Part shown: one piece after another, positions 20,625 to 29,953 of the stretch
How the letters are laid out: each line of letters begins with the position of its first letter
How positions within the stretch are numbered: the first letter of the stretch is position 1
DNA from: an uncultured Bacteriovoracaceae bacterium
GTDB taxonomy: Bacteria > Desulfobacterota > Desulfomonilia > UBA1062
Reading direction: 5' to 3'
DNA: 64,000 bases
Assembly (NCBI GenBank): GCA_964618975.1
Contig: CAZUDI010000015.1
Location: 412-64,411, forward strand
Translations under genes and position numbers: made by a program
The notes under the pieces: generated by a model
What the model was told of the DNA's origin: nothing
Databases searched by the model: none
What the model saw: the letters and a program-made list of their open reading frames with translations, nothing else

Positions 20625-21343
20625 GGCTCAGGGCCCTCGACCTGGAGAAGAGCTTCGGGCGGGCCCGCATCATTACGGGGCTATCGATCGCCTGTGCACC
20701 GGGTGAGATCATCGGACTGCTGGGACCCAACGGGGCCGGGAAGACCACCACCTTCTACATGGTCGTAGGCCTGATCAGGCCCGACTCCGGACGGGTCTAT
20801 CTGGGAGAGGAGGATGTCACCAGGCTGGATCTGGCGCAAAGGGCGGCCCGCGGCATCGGGTATCTACCCCAGGAGGCCTCGGTCTTCCGGGGGCTGAGCG
20901 TGGAGGAGAATATCATTGTTCCGCTGGAGGCCAAGGGGTTTCGGGGGCCGGCGCTCAGACAAAGGCTGGACGAGATCGTCTCCGGCTTCGGACTGGATGC
21001 GGTCAGGACCCACAAGGGGGTTTCCCTCTCGGGAGGCGAGCGCCGGCGGGTGGAAATCGCCCGGGCCATGGCCCTGAATCCCCTGTATCTGCTCCTGGAC
21101 GAACCCTTTGCGGGCATCGATCCGATCACGGTCAAGGATATCCAGGGCATGATCGTGGACTTGAAAAAAAAGGGAATCGGTGTCATTATTACAGATCATA
21201 ATGTGAAAGAAACTCTGAAGATATGTGATCGGGCCTACATCATTCATCAGGGTGGTGTCATAGAGGAAGGGACTCCGGAAAAGGTGATTGCAAACGAGCA
21301 CGTGAGAGCGATTTATGTCGGAAATGATTTCTCGCTGAACTAA
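20612..21343 (+). CDS. lptB: LPS export ABC ATPase
   Basis: GLLGPNGAGKTT, LSGGERRRVEIARA, LLDEPFAGIDP, ITDHNV. Confidence 0.96.
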   Translation: MGEVRLRALDLEKSFGRARIITGLSIACAPGEIIGLLGPNGAGKTTTFYMVVGLIRPDSGRVYLGEEDVTRLDLAQRAARGIGYLPQEASVFRGLSVEENIIVPLEAKGFRGPALRQRLDEIVSGFGLDAVRTHKGVSLSGGERRRVEIARAMALNPLYLLLDEPFAGIDPITVKDIQGMIVDLKKKGIGVIITDHNVKETLKICDRAYIIHQGGVIEEGTPEKVIANEHVRAIYVGNDFSLN

Positions 21344-21357
21344 GGACAGGAGAGGAT

Positions 21358-22734
21358 ATGGCACTGGAGCTCAAACAGCATCTGAAGATGGCGCAACAGC
21401 TGATCATGACGCCTCAGCTTCAGCAGGCCATCAAACTTCTGCAACTCTCCCGCCTTGAATTGAAGGACTACATCACCGAGGAACTGGAAACCAACCCGCT
21501 ACTGGAGTTGGGTGCGGCGGTCCCGGAGAGGGACCAGGATTCGCAGGAGGCCGCCGATCAGCTCAAAAGGCGCTGGGAGGCCTATCTGGAGACCTACGGC
21601 CAGGACAATATCCCCTATTACGAGGACGATGATCGCCCCTCGCTGGAGGCGACCACCTGCCGCGAGGAAGGCTTGACGGAACACCTCATGTGGCAGCTGT
21701 GCATGAACGACTTCAGCGAGGTCGAGCGCGAGGTTGGGGTTTTCATCATCGGCAACCTTGATGGCAACGGCTTCCTCTCCATGGAGATCGAGGACATCTG
21801 TGCGGCTACGGGGGTGACCCAGGCAGTGGCCCAGGGGGTGCTCGAGAGGATCCAGGGCTTTGATCCGCCGGGGATCGCCGCGCGTGACCTCAAGGAATGC
21901 CTGCGCATCCAGGCCCGCTACTTGGAGCTCGAGGATTCCCTGGTCTGGCGGATGATCGATACCCACCTCGAGGACCTGCAGACCAAGAATTACGATAAGA
22001 TCGCCCAGGAACTGGATGCGTCGGTCCAAGAGGTGGCCATTGCCGCTGAGATCATCACGAATATGGAGCCGCGCCCGGCACGGGATTATTCGGATGAACC
22101 GCCGCAATTCATCGTGCCGGATATCTATGTGGTGAAGGTGGAGGGCGAGTATCTGGTGGTCCTCAATGAGGAGGATATCCCGGTGCTGAACCTGAACCCG
22201 GAGTACCAGAGCATGCTCACCTCGGACACGACCGGAAAGATGGCCCGGGATTATCTGTCGGAGCGTCTCAAGTCGGCCCACTGGCTGATCAAGAGCATCC
22301 AGCAGCGGCAGAGCACTCTGTGCAAGGTGACGGAGAGCATCGTCAGGTTCCAGAGGGACTTCCTCGAGCGGGGGATCGGCCAGCTCAAGCCGCTCGTGCT
22401 CCGGGACGTGGCGGACGATGTGGGCATGCACGAATCCACCATCAGCCGTGTCACCTCCAACAAGTATGTACACACACCTCAGGGCACCTTCGAGCTGAAA
22501 TACTTCTTCAACAGCGGGATATCCAGGAGTGACGGAAGCTTCGTGGCCTCGCAGAGCGTCAAGAGCGAGATCGAGAACATCATCCGCAACGAGAACCCGA
22601 AGCATCCATTGAGCGACCAGGCCATCGCCGTGCAGTTGAAGGTCAAGGGGGTGAGGATCGCCAGGCGTACCGTAGCGAAGTACAGGGAGTTGCTGGGTAT
22701 TCTTCCTTCGAACCGCAGGAAGAAGCACTACTGA
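21358..22734 (+). CDS. rpoN: RNA polymerase sigma54 factor
   Basis: QQLIMTPQLQQAIKLLQLS, MHESTISR, RpoN box ARRTVAKYRE. Confidence 0.98.
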   Translation: MALELKQHLKMAQQLIMTPQLQQAIKLLQLSRLELKDYITEELETNPLLELGAAVPERDQDSQEAADQLKRRWEAYLETYGQDNIPYYEDDDRPSLEATTCREEGLTEHLMWQLCMNDFSEVEREVGVFIIGNLDGNGFLSMEIEDICAATGVTQAVAQGVLERIQGFDPPGIAARDLKECLRIQARYLELEDSLVWRMIDTHLEDLQTKNYDKIAQELDASVQEVAIAAEIITNMEPRPARDYSDEPPQFIVPDIYVVKVEGEYLVVLNEEDIPVLNLNPEYQSMLTSDTTGKMARDYLSERLKSAHWLIKSIQQRQSTLCKVTESIVRFQRDFLERGIGQLKPLVLRDVADDVGMHESTISRVTSNKYVHTPQGTFELKYFFNSGISRSDGSFVASQSVKSEIENIIRNENPKHPLSDQAIAVQLKVKGVRIARRTVAKYRELLGILPSNRRKKHY

Positions 22735-22762
22735 TCAAGCTCGGTTAAGGAAAGGGGGCGCT

Positions 22763-23287
22763 ATGCATATCGACATCACTTTCAAGAACATGGACACTTC
22801 CGATGCCTTGAAGGACTATACGACCAAGCGGTTGTCCAGGATCGAGAAATATATCGACCGACCCACCGAGGCCCATGTGGTGCTCTCGGTTGAGAAGATA
22901 CGCCACAAGGCCGACATAAGCCTGAATGCGGACGGAATCATGATCAATGCGGTGGAGATCACCGAGGACATGTACGCCGCCATCGATATGGTCATGGATA
23001 AGCTGGAACGTCAGGTCAAGAAGCACAAGGAAAAGGTGCAGGGGAAAAAGGGTCAGGCACGAGCCTTCCAGGAGAGTACCGTTCAGACGGAGTCTACAGG
23101 CCTTCAGCCCCGCGTGGTCCGTGAACGCGATTATTTCGTCAAACCCATGAGTGTGGAGGAGGCCGTGCTGCAGATCGGATTGGACAAGAAGGATTTCATC
23201 GTCTTTCAGAACACGGACTCCGATCAGATCAATCTCATTTACAAGCGGCCGGACGGCGATTTTGGACTGATTGAGCCGATGGCATGA
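22763..23287 (+). CDS. hpf: ribosome hibernation promoting factor, long form
   Basis: Follows rpoN; DMYAAID..DKLERQ; C-terminal KPMSVEEAVLQ...YKRPDGDFGLIE. Confidence 0.93.
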   Translation: MHIDITFKNMDTSDALKDYTTKRLSRIEKYIDRPTEAHVVLSVEKIRHKADISLNADGIMINAVEITEDMYAAIDMVMDKLERQVKKHKEKVQGKKGQARAFQESTVQTESTGLQPRVVRERDYFVKPMSVEEAVLQIGLDKKDFIVFQNTDSDQINLIYKRPDGDFGLIEPMA

Positions 23288-23748
23288 AGATTGCTGATAT
23301 TCTCAGGCCGGAATGCGTCGTTTCCGAAATCAGGGCCAAGACGAAGAAGGACATCCTCACTGAACTCGCCCGCCCCATTGCCGAGGCCTACCATGTGGAC
23401 CTCAATGAGATGGTCTCGGTATTGTTGAACCGGGAGAAGCTGGGCTCCACAGGGATCGGGGAGGGTGTCGCCATCCCCCACGGGAAGATCCAGGGGCTCA
23501 AGAGCATCGCGGCCTCCATCGGCAAGAGCGCAGAGGGGCTGAAATTCGACGCCCTCGACGGCAAACCCTGCCATATCTTCTTTCTCCTCGTGGCCCCGGG
23601 CGACTCCATCAGCGGTCACCTCAAGGCCCTGGCCAGGGCCTCCATGCTGCTCAAGAATTCCTCCCTCAGGGAGCGGATCCTGAAGGCCCCCCTGGCGCAG
23701 GATATGTACCAGATGCTTGTCGATCAGGACAACCATCTCGACCAGTAA
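23284..23748 (+). CDS. ptsN: PTS IIA-Ntr
   Basis: REKLGSTGIGEGVAIPHG, FDALDGKP. Confidence 0.93.
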   Translation: MKIADILRPECVVSEIRAKTKKDILTELARPIAEAYHVDLNEMVSVLLNREKLGSTGIGEGVAIPHGKIQGLKSIAASIGKSAEGLKFDALDGKPCHIFFLLVAPGDSISGHLKALARASMLLKNSSLRERILKAPLAQDMYQMLVDQDNHLDQ

Positions 23749-23755
23749 CGACCTG

Positions 23756-23783
23756 CGGCGGGGGGAGGCAGCTCCCCCCGCCG
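23756..23783 (+). terminator. GC-rich hairpin after ptsN
   Basis: 12-bp perfect stem CGGCGGGGGGAG / CTCCCCCCGCCG with GCAG loop; weak U-tract. Confidence 0.5.
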
Positions 23784-23844
23784 GGGTTTGTCTCCGGGTT
23801 CTCTTTCCCCGTATCCTCAGGCCAGGGTCTTCCTGAATCACTCA

Positions 23845-23915
23845 GGGTTGAATTCCCCGCTGCTTGCAACGGCAAAAGGGTCCTGAGGCTTGCCCTGGGG
23901 TTCATGCCCATGATT
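23845..23915 (+). repeat. ~70-bp dispersed intergenic repeat, copy A
   Basis: gggttgaattccccgctgcttgcaacgg...gggtcctgaggcttgccctggggttcatgcccatgatt; extra half-site agggtgcatacccatga at 23970-23986. Confidence 0.85.
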
Positions 23916-23994
23916 CGCTCAGGATCGCATTCCCTTCCAGCTCGTGGCGACAAGGAGGGACTCACCCTTAGGGTGCATACCCATGACTGGGGGG

Positions 23995-24978
23995 TCAATC
24001 CTCCTCGGTGAGGCCACTTTCGTAGCGACGGGTGTAGAGGGTGCGTTCGTAGATGCGGGAGAAAGCAGTGAATTCCTGGTCATGGGGGGTGGCTTCGATG
24101 ATGGAAGAGAATCCGTTGAGCTTGGCGTCGAAGTCGTCGACCATATGAAGGAAGAGGGCCTCTTTGGTCATGGGGAGCTTGGGTGAGCCGAATTCAAGCT
24201 GGCCGTGATGGCTGAGGATGATGTGCAATAGCTGCAATTTAAGCTCTTCCGGGAAGCCGTCGATGCGGCCGATTTCCTCGTCGGCCATCCGGGCCGAGAG
24301 GTAGATGTGTCCGATGAGCCGGCCCTCGGGGGTCATCTCGATGAGCTTGCCGTAGCTGTATTCATAGATCTTGCCGAGGTCATGCAGCACGGCCCCGGCC
24401 AGGATGAGGTCCTTGTTCATGCCCAGGTGTGCGTACATCGGGTACAGGGCAATGATGGCCTTGAGCATCTGCAGTGTGTGCTCGAGCAGGCCTCCCAGAT
24501 AGTTATGGTGAACCCCTTTGGCCGCTGGCGCGTGCAGGAAGGCCTCGCGGATGTCCTCGCGGCCGAGCAGGGAACGGATGAGCTGGGAGAGGTGCACATC
24601 GTTGATGCCGGCGATGATGTCTTCGAGCTCGGCGAACATCTCGGTGATGTCTCCTCGGGATGAGGGCAGGAGGGTGGCGAGATCCACATCCTCTTCGGTG
24701 AGCTTCACGACCTTCTCGATCCTGATCTGCAGGGCGTTGTTGAAGGATTCGGTGATGCCCCGGATGCCGATGATGTCTCCGGGTGCAAGGTTGGCCGTGA
24801 GCTGCTGGGCGTCCTCCCAGATCATGCCGGGGATCTCCCCGCTGCGGTCGGTGAGGACGACCTTTGCATAGGGTTTCCCGGTGCGGGCGGTGAGCAGCCG
24901 TCTGTCCGTGAGCATGAAGACCGCCCGCACCCGCTCTCCGTCCACGAGCTCCGTTACATAGCGTCCCTTGCTGATCAT
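23995..24978 (-). CDS. yhaM: OB-fold + HD 3'-5' exoribonuclease YhaM/Cbf1 family
   Basis: N-terminal OB fold (DRSGEI...W), HHNYLGGLLEH, LHDLGK, SHHG, D.FDAK. Confidence 0.88.
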   Translation of the reverse strand: MISKGRYVTELVDGERVRAVFMLTDRRLLTARTGKPYAKVVLTDRSGEIPGMIWEDAQQLTANLAPGDIIGIRGITESFNNALQIRIEKVVKLTEEDVDLATLLPSSRGDITEMFAELEDIIAGINDVHLSQLIRSLLGREDIREAFLHAPAAKGVHHNYLGGLLEHTLQMLKAIIALYPMYAHLGMNKDLILAGAVLHDLGKIYEYSYGKLIEMTPEGRLIGHIYLSARMADEEIGRIDGFPEELKLQLLHIILSHHGQLEFGSPKLPMTKEALFLHMVDDFDAKLNGFSSIIEATPHDQEFTAFSRIYERTLYTRRYESGLTEED

Positions 24979-25086
24979 ATGGTCTCCTTGTGGGGTATGT
25001 ATCATGAAAACGATCATTCTGCAAAAGAGAGATGAGGCCGCCGGTCGGGACCGTCAGGAGGCAGGGGGGTGGTTTTCCTGACAGGC

Positions 25087-25161
25087 CTGAGGGTCGAATT
25101 CCCCGCTGCTTGCAGCGGAAAGCAGGGTCAAAAGCTTGCCCTGGGGTTCATACCCATGATT
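25087..25161 (+). repeat. ~70-bp dispersed intergenic repeat, copy B
   Basis: ctgagggtcgaattccccgctgcttgcagcgg...gcttgccctggggttcatacccatgatt; contains the perfect hairpin CCGCTGC-TT-GCAGCGG. Confidence 0.85.
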
Positions 25162-25259
25162 CAGGGGCGGCATTTCATACCCCACCGTGAGACGGGGGTA
25201 TTGTGTGATGAAGACCTATCCCCGGCATGGAGGGCAGGGAGACGGGCGCGGTCTCTTTG

Positions 25260-26897
25260 TTAGAATGCCTCGTATGCGCTAAGCATCTCGGAGGAATCAT
25301 CCGGTCGATCAGCGGTCATGTCAAGCGGCCCCTTGTCCGTGGCGTCTGCATCAGCGTTTGTGACCTGGAAACGCTCCACGGTGCGGGCCAACTGGGCGGC
25401 CTCGATGTTCAGGTTGTCCGCCGTGCCCGCGAGTTCCTCCACGGTGGAGGCATTCATCTGGATGGAGGCGTCGATCTGGGCGACAGCGCGGTTCAGTTCG
25501 TCGATTCCGCTGGCCTGCTCGGCGGAGGAGGTGGCTATGGCATCCATGGTCTGGGAAAGGCCTTCGATGTGGGTGATGATCTTTTTCAGGGCCTCCCCGG
25601 TGCGCTTGACCAGTTCGTCACCGGTCATGACCTTGTTCACGGTGTCCTCGATCAGTTCCCTGACCTGGCGGGCGGCTGTAGCCGAGCGCTGTGCCAGGGC
25701 GCGCACCTCGTCGGCCACCACGGCAAAGCCCTTGCCATGTTCACCGGCCCGGGCAGCCTCCACGGCGGCGTTCAGTGCCAGCAGATTGGTCTGAAAGGCC
25801 ACCTCGTTGACGGTAACGATGATGTCACCGATCTTCTTGGAGGCCTGCGAGATTTCGTCCATGGCATGCATGAGTTCCTGGGAGGCCTCCCCGCTGCTGT
25901 TGGCCATCTGGACCATCTTAACGGTTTTATCCAGGCTTTCGGTAGCGTTGGAAGCATTCTGCTTGATCGTCGAGGACATCTCTTCCACGGTGGCTGCAAC
26001 CTCCTCGATGGCCGAGGCCTGTTCCTGGGTCGACTGTGACAGTCCCTGCGCCCCGGACGACACCTCCTGTGTGGACACGTCCACCTGCAGGGCGGACTGT
26101 TTTACCTCCGAGATCACCTGCTCGAGGTTGCCGATGAACGTGTTGAACCAATGGGCCAGATCGCCGATCTCATCCCGGCTGTTCACCGCCAGGCGCATTC
26201 TCAGATTGGCTTCGCCTTCGGCGATGTCTCGGAGCATGTCCACTGTCTGACGGATCGGGCGGCTGATGAAGCGGAGGATGATCACCGTGATCAGGCCCAG
26301 CGACCCGATTACTATCACCAGGAAGATGATCAGGTTCAGATAGCGCTGGTGCTTTGTGTCGGCACTCACCGTTGAGAGCGCGGACCTGAGATCCTGCGCA
26401 AAAGACTGCATGGTGGCCTGCAGTTCCTGCTGCAGATGCCCGGCCTGTTTTTCCACCTGGGAGGTCTTTTCCATGAGGTTCTCGGCAAATACGGAGGAGC
26501 TCATGTCCGTATATACCGAACTTGCCAGTTGCGTATAGCTTGTATGTGTATCCATGGTACGTCGGATCTGTGACAGCTTTTCACCGTCGAGCCCCTTCAG
26601 GGATGCGATCGTTGCCAGCGCCTCCTGGACCTCCAACGCCTTGGCATCGCCCTTTTTCACGACGCTGGCGTCCACGAGCATGACCGAGTCGGCATAGAGT
26701 TTGGCCTGCTCCCTGAAGGAGCTGAAGGCCAGCTGACTTTGCTGTGCCGCCGGGAAGACCGTCTCGGAGACGGCAAACAGACGCCTTTCCGTATCGATCC
26801 CCTGAACAAATCCGAATACCATGGAAAAGAGGTATCCGATCACCAGAATGCTCAAGCTTACCCATATCTTGCAGGGAATGCTCAAAGACCTCCACAT
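25260..26897 (-). CDS. methyl-accepting chemotaxis protein
   Basis: Two TMs, HAMP (DEIGDLA..FN), QTNLLALNAAVEAARAGEHGKGFAVVADEVR. Start moved to MWRSL (GGGAGG SD). Confidence 0.95.
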   Translation of the reverse strand: MWRSLSIPCKIWVSLSILVIGYLFSMVFGFVQGIDTERRLFAVSETVFPAAQQSQLAFSSFREQAKLYADSVMLVDASVVKKGDAKALEVQEALATIASLKGLDGEKLSQIRRTMDTHTSYTQLASSVYTDMSSSVFAENLMEKTSQVEKQAGHLQQELQATMQSFAQDLRSALSTVSADTKHQRYLNLIIFLVIVIGSLGLITVIILRFISRPIRQTVDMLRDIAEGEANLRMRLAVNSRDEIGDLAHWFNTFIGNLEQVISEVKQSALQVDVSTQEVSSGAQGLSQSTQEQASAIEEVAATVEEMSSTIKQNASNATESLDKTVKMVQMANSSGEASQELMHAMDEISQASKKIGDIIVTVNEVAFQTNLLALNAAVEAARAGEHGKGFAVVADEVRALAQRSATAARQVRELIEDTVNKVMTGDELVKRTGEALKKIITHIEGLSQTMDAIATSSAEQASGIDELNRAVAQIDASIQMNASTVEELAGTADNLNIEAAQLARTVERFQVTNADADATDKGPLDMTADRPDDSSEMLSAYEAF

Positions 26898-26939
26898 GAC
26901 AGACCTCCCTTTGGGGTTCGGTAGTTGCTTCATGATATC

Positions 26940-26966
26940 ATATCGGTGCCAACATATTATTTATTA
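26940..26966 (-). promoter_or_regulatory. putative sigma28 (FliA) promoter of the MCP
   Basis: Minus strand TAAT-N15-ACCGATAT versus consensus TAAA-N15-GCCGATAA. Confidence 0.4.
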
Positions 26967-27492
26967 AGGCTAATTTCGAGAAGGTGGCCAGGGCGCCGAC
27001 GGGGCTAATGGGGCATAAATATGGGTTTCCGGGCCCAAAGAATGGCCATGGGGCCTTTTGACGGCGTAGACGGGACGGATTTGCATACGAGTTGGGCGCA
27101 TTTCGTCTATGAGGGCCCTGAAAAGACCTCTGAAAAAAAATAATGTCATGCCTGGGAATGAACCCCGGGGCATGACCTGGAGCCTTCGTGAAGACCGCAA
27201 GATCTCCCCAAGCGGACAGGGGCATGCCGTACGGGGGGCGGGCGGTCGCATCAGATCATACAGCCTCAGTCAGGCATGGCGGTGCGATCTGACACACCCG
27301 GTGGGCAAATTGCCGCCCGAGGCGACCAGGAAGGGGCCCTGCTGAGGCTTTCTGTCCAGCCGAAGGGGGTGATGGGCGCTGTACTCCCCGGCGTGTGCAC
27401 TGCCCGGCCGGCTACGACCGGGTTGTCTTCGCCTGCATGGTGGTTAATATGGGAATGGTAGAGGGTGTCATAGCCTGAAGAAGGAGTGAGGG

Positions 27493-27981
27493 ATGTCTCT
27501 GCGCTGGTGTTCGGCCCTGCCAGTCATCATGGTGTTCTGTTTGATGCCCGGCTGCGCCGGGAACACGGATGATGAGTGGACCCCGTGGTACGACTGGCGC
27601 GGGGCTGTGCGCCTCACGCTGAAGATCGCGGTGAAAAGCCATCCCGATGGTGCCCAGGTATTCCTTGACGGCGAGTTCCAGGGCACGACTCCGCTGGTGC
27701 TGGATGTCGAGGTTCCTGCCGATGTCCGCGGTCAGGGCCGGGATATGCGTTCTCTGGACGAGCAGGGGCTGAGGGTGCAGATCGTCAATACCCGGTTTGT
27801 CAACGAGCATCCCCTTGAAATCAGACTCGTCAAGGAGGGGTATAAGCCGGTCGCACGCTCGCTCGTCATCGAAGACTATTTTTCCCCCGATGCCCTCGAG
27901 CACAACAAGCACTATCGTCGTACGTTGGAGATGGATGTCGGGCTGAAGAAATACTGCTGGCTGCGTCGCCTGTGGCATTGA
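27493..27981 (+). CDS. PEGA-domain (lipo)protein
   Basis: Signal ending MPGC; VKSHPDGAQVFLDG...GTTPL and EIRLVKEGY PEGA motifs separated by an insertion. Confidence 0.72.
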   Translation: MSLRWCSALPVIMVFCLMPGCAGNTDDEWTPWYDWRGAVRLTLKIAVKSHPDGAQVFLDGEFQGTTPLVLDVEVPADVRGQGRDMRSLDEQGLRVQIVNTRFVNEHPLEIRLVKEGYKPVARSLVIEDYFSPDALEHNKHYRRTLEMDVGLKKYCWLRRLWH

Positions 27982-28104
27982 GACGGCCCGGCAGACAACC
28001 CGCCGCTATGCGTCACGGCGTCTCCCCGGCTTAGAGCACACGACGGGAGGGGCCTGCGACATCCCAGGGTTCCCCGGGAATCGGCGTCGGGACCGTGGCG
28101 CTCA

Positions 28105-29169
28105 TCACCCCCCGAAGAGCGTCTGCAGATGCAGCAGTAGTTCGGAATCACCCTCTGCCCGGCAGATCCCCGCAGCGAAGAGTGCCTGGCCGTCGGTCTT
28201 GCCGGTGGTGAGATCCATCCAGTCCTCAAAGGGGGTCCATATCGTCAGGTCGGCCAGAGGTGCAGCTCCTGCGGATGGGGTGCACGTCCCGTCCGCGATC
28301 CTGAAGTGGCAGGTTCCCTCCTGAGGGCCGCTGAAGACGAACTGGATGACCGCCTTGATCCCGCGGGAGGCCTGCGCCTTGAAGCCCAGGCGCATGATCA
28401 GCATGAAGGTCGCGATGCTGTCGGGCCGGGGGACTAGCCTCTGCTGGGTGAATTCGGCCGGGGTCACACCCGCATCGATGCAGGTCTTCCAGAAGAGGTT
28501 GCCCGCCTCCCTGAGCACGTGGCTGTCCGTGATGGGCTGGGTGATGTGCTCAAGGGTCTTGGGTGTGATGCGGAGGTCGCGCACCAGTTCTCCACCGGCC
28601 TGTACGGTGGCCTGCAGGATATCTTCGGCGACGTCTCCAAAGGCGGCCTGATCGAGCATCTCGGCCGCCGGGCGATAGATCTCCGCAATGAGTCCGGGCC
28701 CGAACAGGTAGCGGACATGGGATGAGAGCTGGTCGAAGATCGACATCTCGGGGAATCCGGCCACGGAGAGCATCACGACCGCCGGATGCCGCTCCCGGAG
28801 CGGATGGCGGGTCACGCCGTCCTTCTGCTCCATGAAAGGCTGGACAACGGGAAGCGTGCGCTCGATGAAGGCCTTCAGTGTCGCGTTCATGGTGAAGTGG
28901 TACAGGGGGGTGGCGTATATCACGATGTCAGACTTGAGCAACCGGGGGTAGAGTTCATTGGACATGTCGTCCCGGTGGATGCATCTGCCCGGGGTCTTCG
29001 TCCAGCAGGTATAGCAGCCGATGCAGTTTTTCACGGTCTTCTTTGACAGATTCACGGTGTGCACCTCGGCCCCGGCCTTGCGCATACCTTCGACCAGATG
29101 CGAGAGCATCATCCCTGTCTTGCTGACGCCTTTCTGACGGGGGCTGGAATTGATGGCGAGTACCTGCAT
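28105..29169 (-). CDS. iron-sulfur flavoprotein/flavodoxin-like protein fused to a C-terminal SCP2 domain
   Basis: INSSPR, CIGCYTCWTKTPGRC, ATPLY; C-terminal AVIQFVFSG...ADLTI...DW.DL..GK.DGQALF..G...EGD. Confidence 0.8.
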   Translation of the reverse strand: MQVLAINSSPRQKGVSKTGMMLSHLVEGMRKAGAEVHTVNLSKKTVKNCIGCYTCWTKTPGRCIHRDDMSNELYPRLLKSDIVIYATPLYHFTMNATLKAFIERTLPVVQPFMEQKDGVTRHPLRERHPAVVMLSVAGFPEMSIFDQLSSHVRYLFGPGLIAEIYRPAAEMLDQAAFGDVAEDILQATVQAGGELVRDLRITPKTLEHITQPITDSHVLREAGNLFWKTCIDAGVTPAEFTQQRLVPRPDSIATFMLIMRLGFKAQASRGIKAVIQFVFSGPQEGTCHFRIADGTCTPSAGAAPLADLTIWTPFEDWMDLTTGKTDGQALFAAGICRAEGDSELLLHLQTLFGG

Positions 29170-29242
29170 CACATCCCTCCTTGTCCATGATTTGATCTGG
29201 GCTGCTGCCCGCCGGCGTTCTCAGGGGCATGTCAGCCCCGCT

Positions 29243-29755
29243 CTACCTGCCTTTCTCGAGCAGGCGGGCCCTCAACAGGATGGTGAGCCGCTCCAGCTCT
29301 GACGGGGTGAGCTTGGCGAGGAAGTCGAGGTCCGCCCCGGTGCCCAGGAGCACCCTGATCTCGTCTATCTGGGTGAGCGGAGTGCCCCCCTGAGGAAGTT
29401 CCGGCGGGACAGTGATGGTCCACCGGTGTGAGGCGCTCACCCAGCCGAAGGTGACGATGGAGAGCTCGAGGGTATGGGTTCCCTGATCCTGAACCCGGGG
29501 CGTGTAGCCGAATACGCCGTCCGCCTGCGGGGTTTCCCGTCCGTCCAGATGCCAGATCCTTTCTCCGGGGGGGAACTCTACCACCCAGAACTCCCTGGTC
29601 TCGCCGATGCATACCTCCACGGCGGCGCTGCGGGGTTGAGCCGTGATGATGCAACCGCACAGGAATAGGGTCGCCATGATGGCAATCGGCAGAAATCTTT
29701 GACCTGGCGTCTCCCGGGTCCGGTCTGTTCGGGGTATGCATCTGGATGGATCCAT
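29243..29755 (-). CDS. hypothetical lipoprotein
   Basis: Lipobox-like LFLCGC, beta-rich Ig-like segment, helical C-terminus; purine-rich SD before ATG 29755. Confidence 0.55.
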   Translation of the reverse strand: MDPSRCIPRTDRTRETPGQRFLPIAIMATLFLCGCIITAQPRSAAVEVCIGETREFWVVEFPPGERIWHLDGRETPQADGVFGYTPRVQDQGTHTLELSIVTFGWVSASHRWTITVPPELPQGGTPLTQIDEIRVLLGTGADLDFLAKLTPSELERLTILLRARLLEKGR

Positions 29756-29953
29756 GGAGCTTCCTTTCCCGGCGACCAGGACGCCGGACCTGATCACCCT
29801 GTGCCGCGTTCCCTTCTTGCCAGTAAAACACACCTTCTCTCAAGGGATGTCAACGTCAAATCACCCGGGGCGCAACAAGGGGGCAGGGGTTGTGCCTATG
29901 ATTGCGGAGATACATCCCACCTGCGGAGAGTCTGCCGGGTCGCGGCCCGGAGC

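Noticed and set aside
26934-27492. c-di-GMP riboswitch in the long MCP/PEGA intergenic region
   Set aside because: I could not find the GGCAAA...GAAA...GACGCAAAG core on either strand by eye; an Infernal scan would settle it
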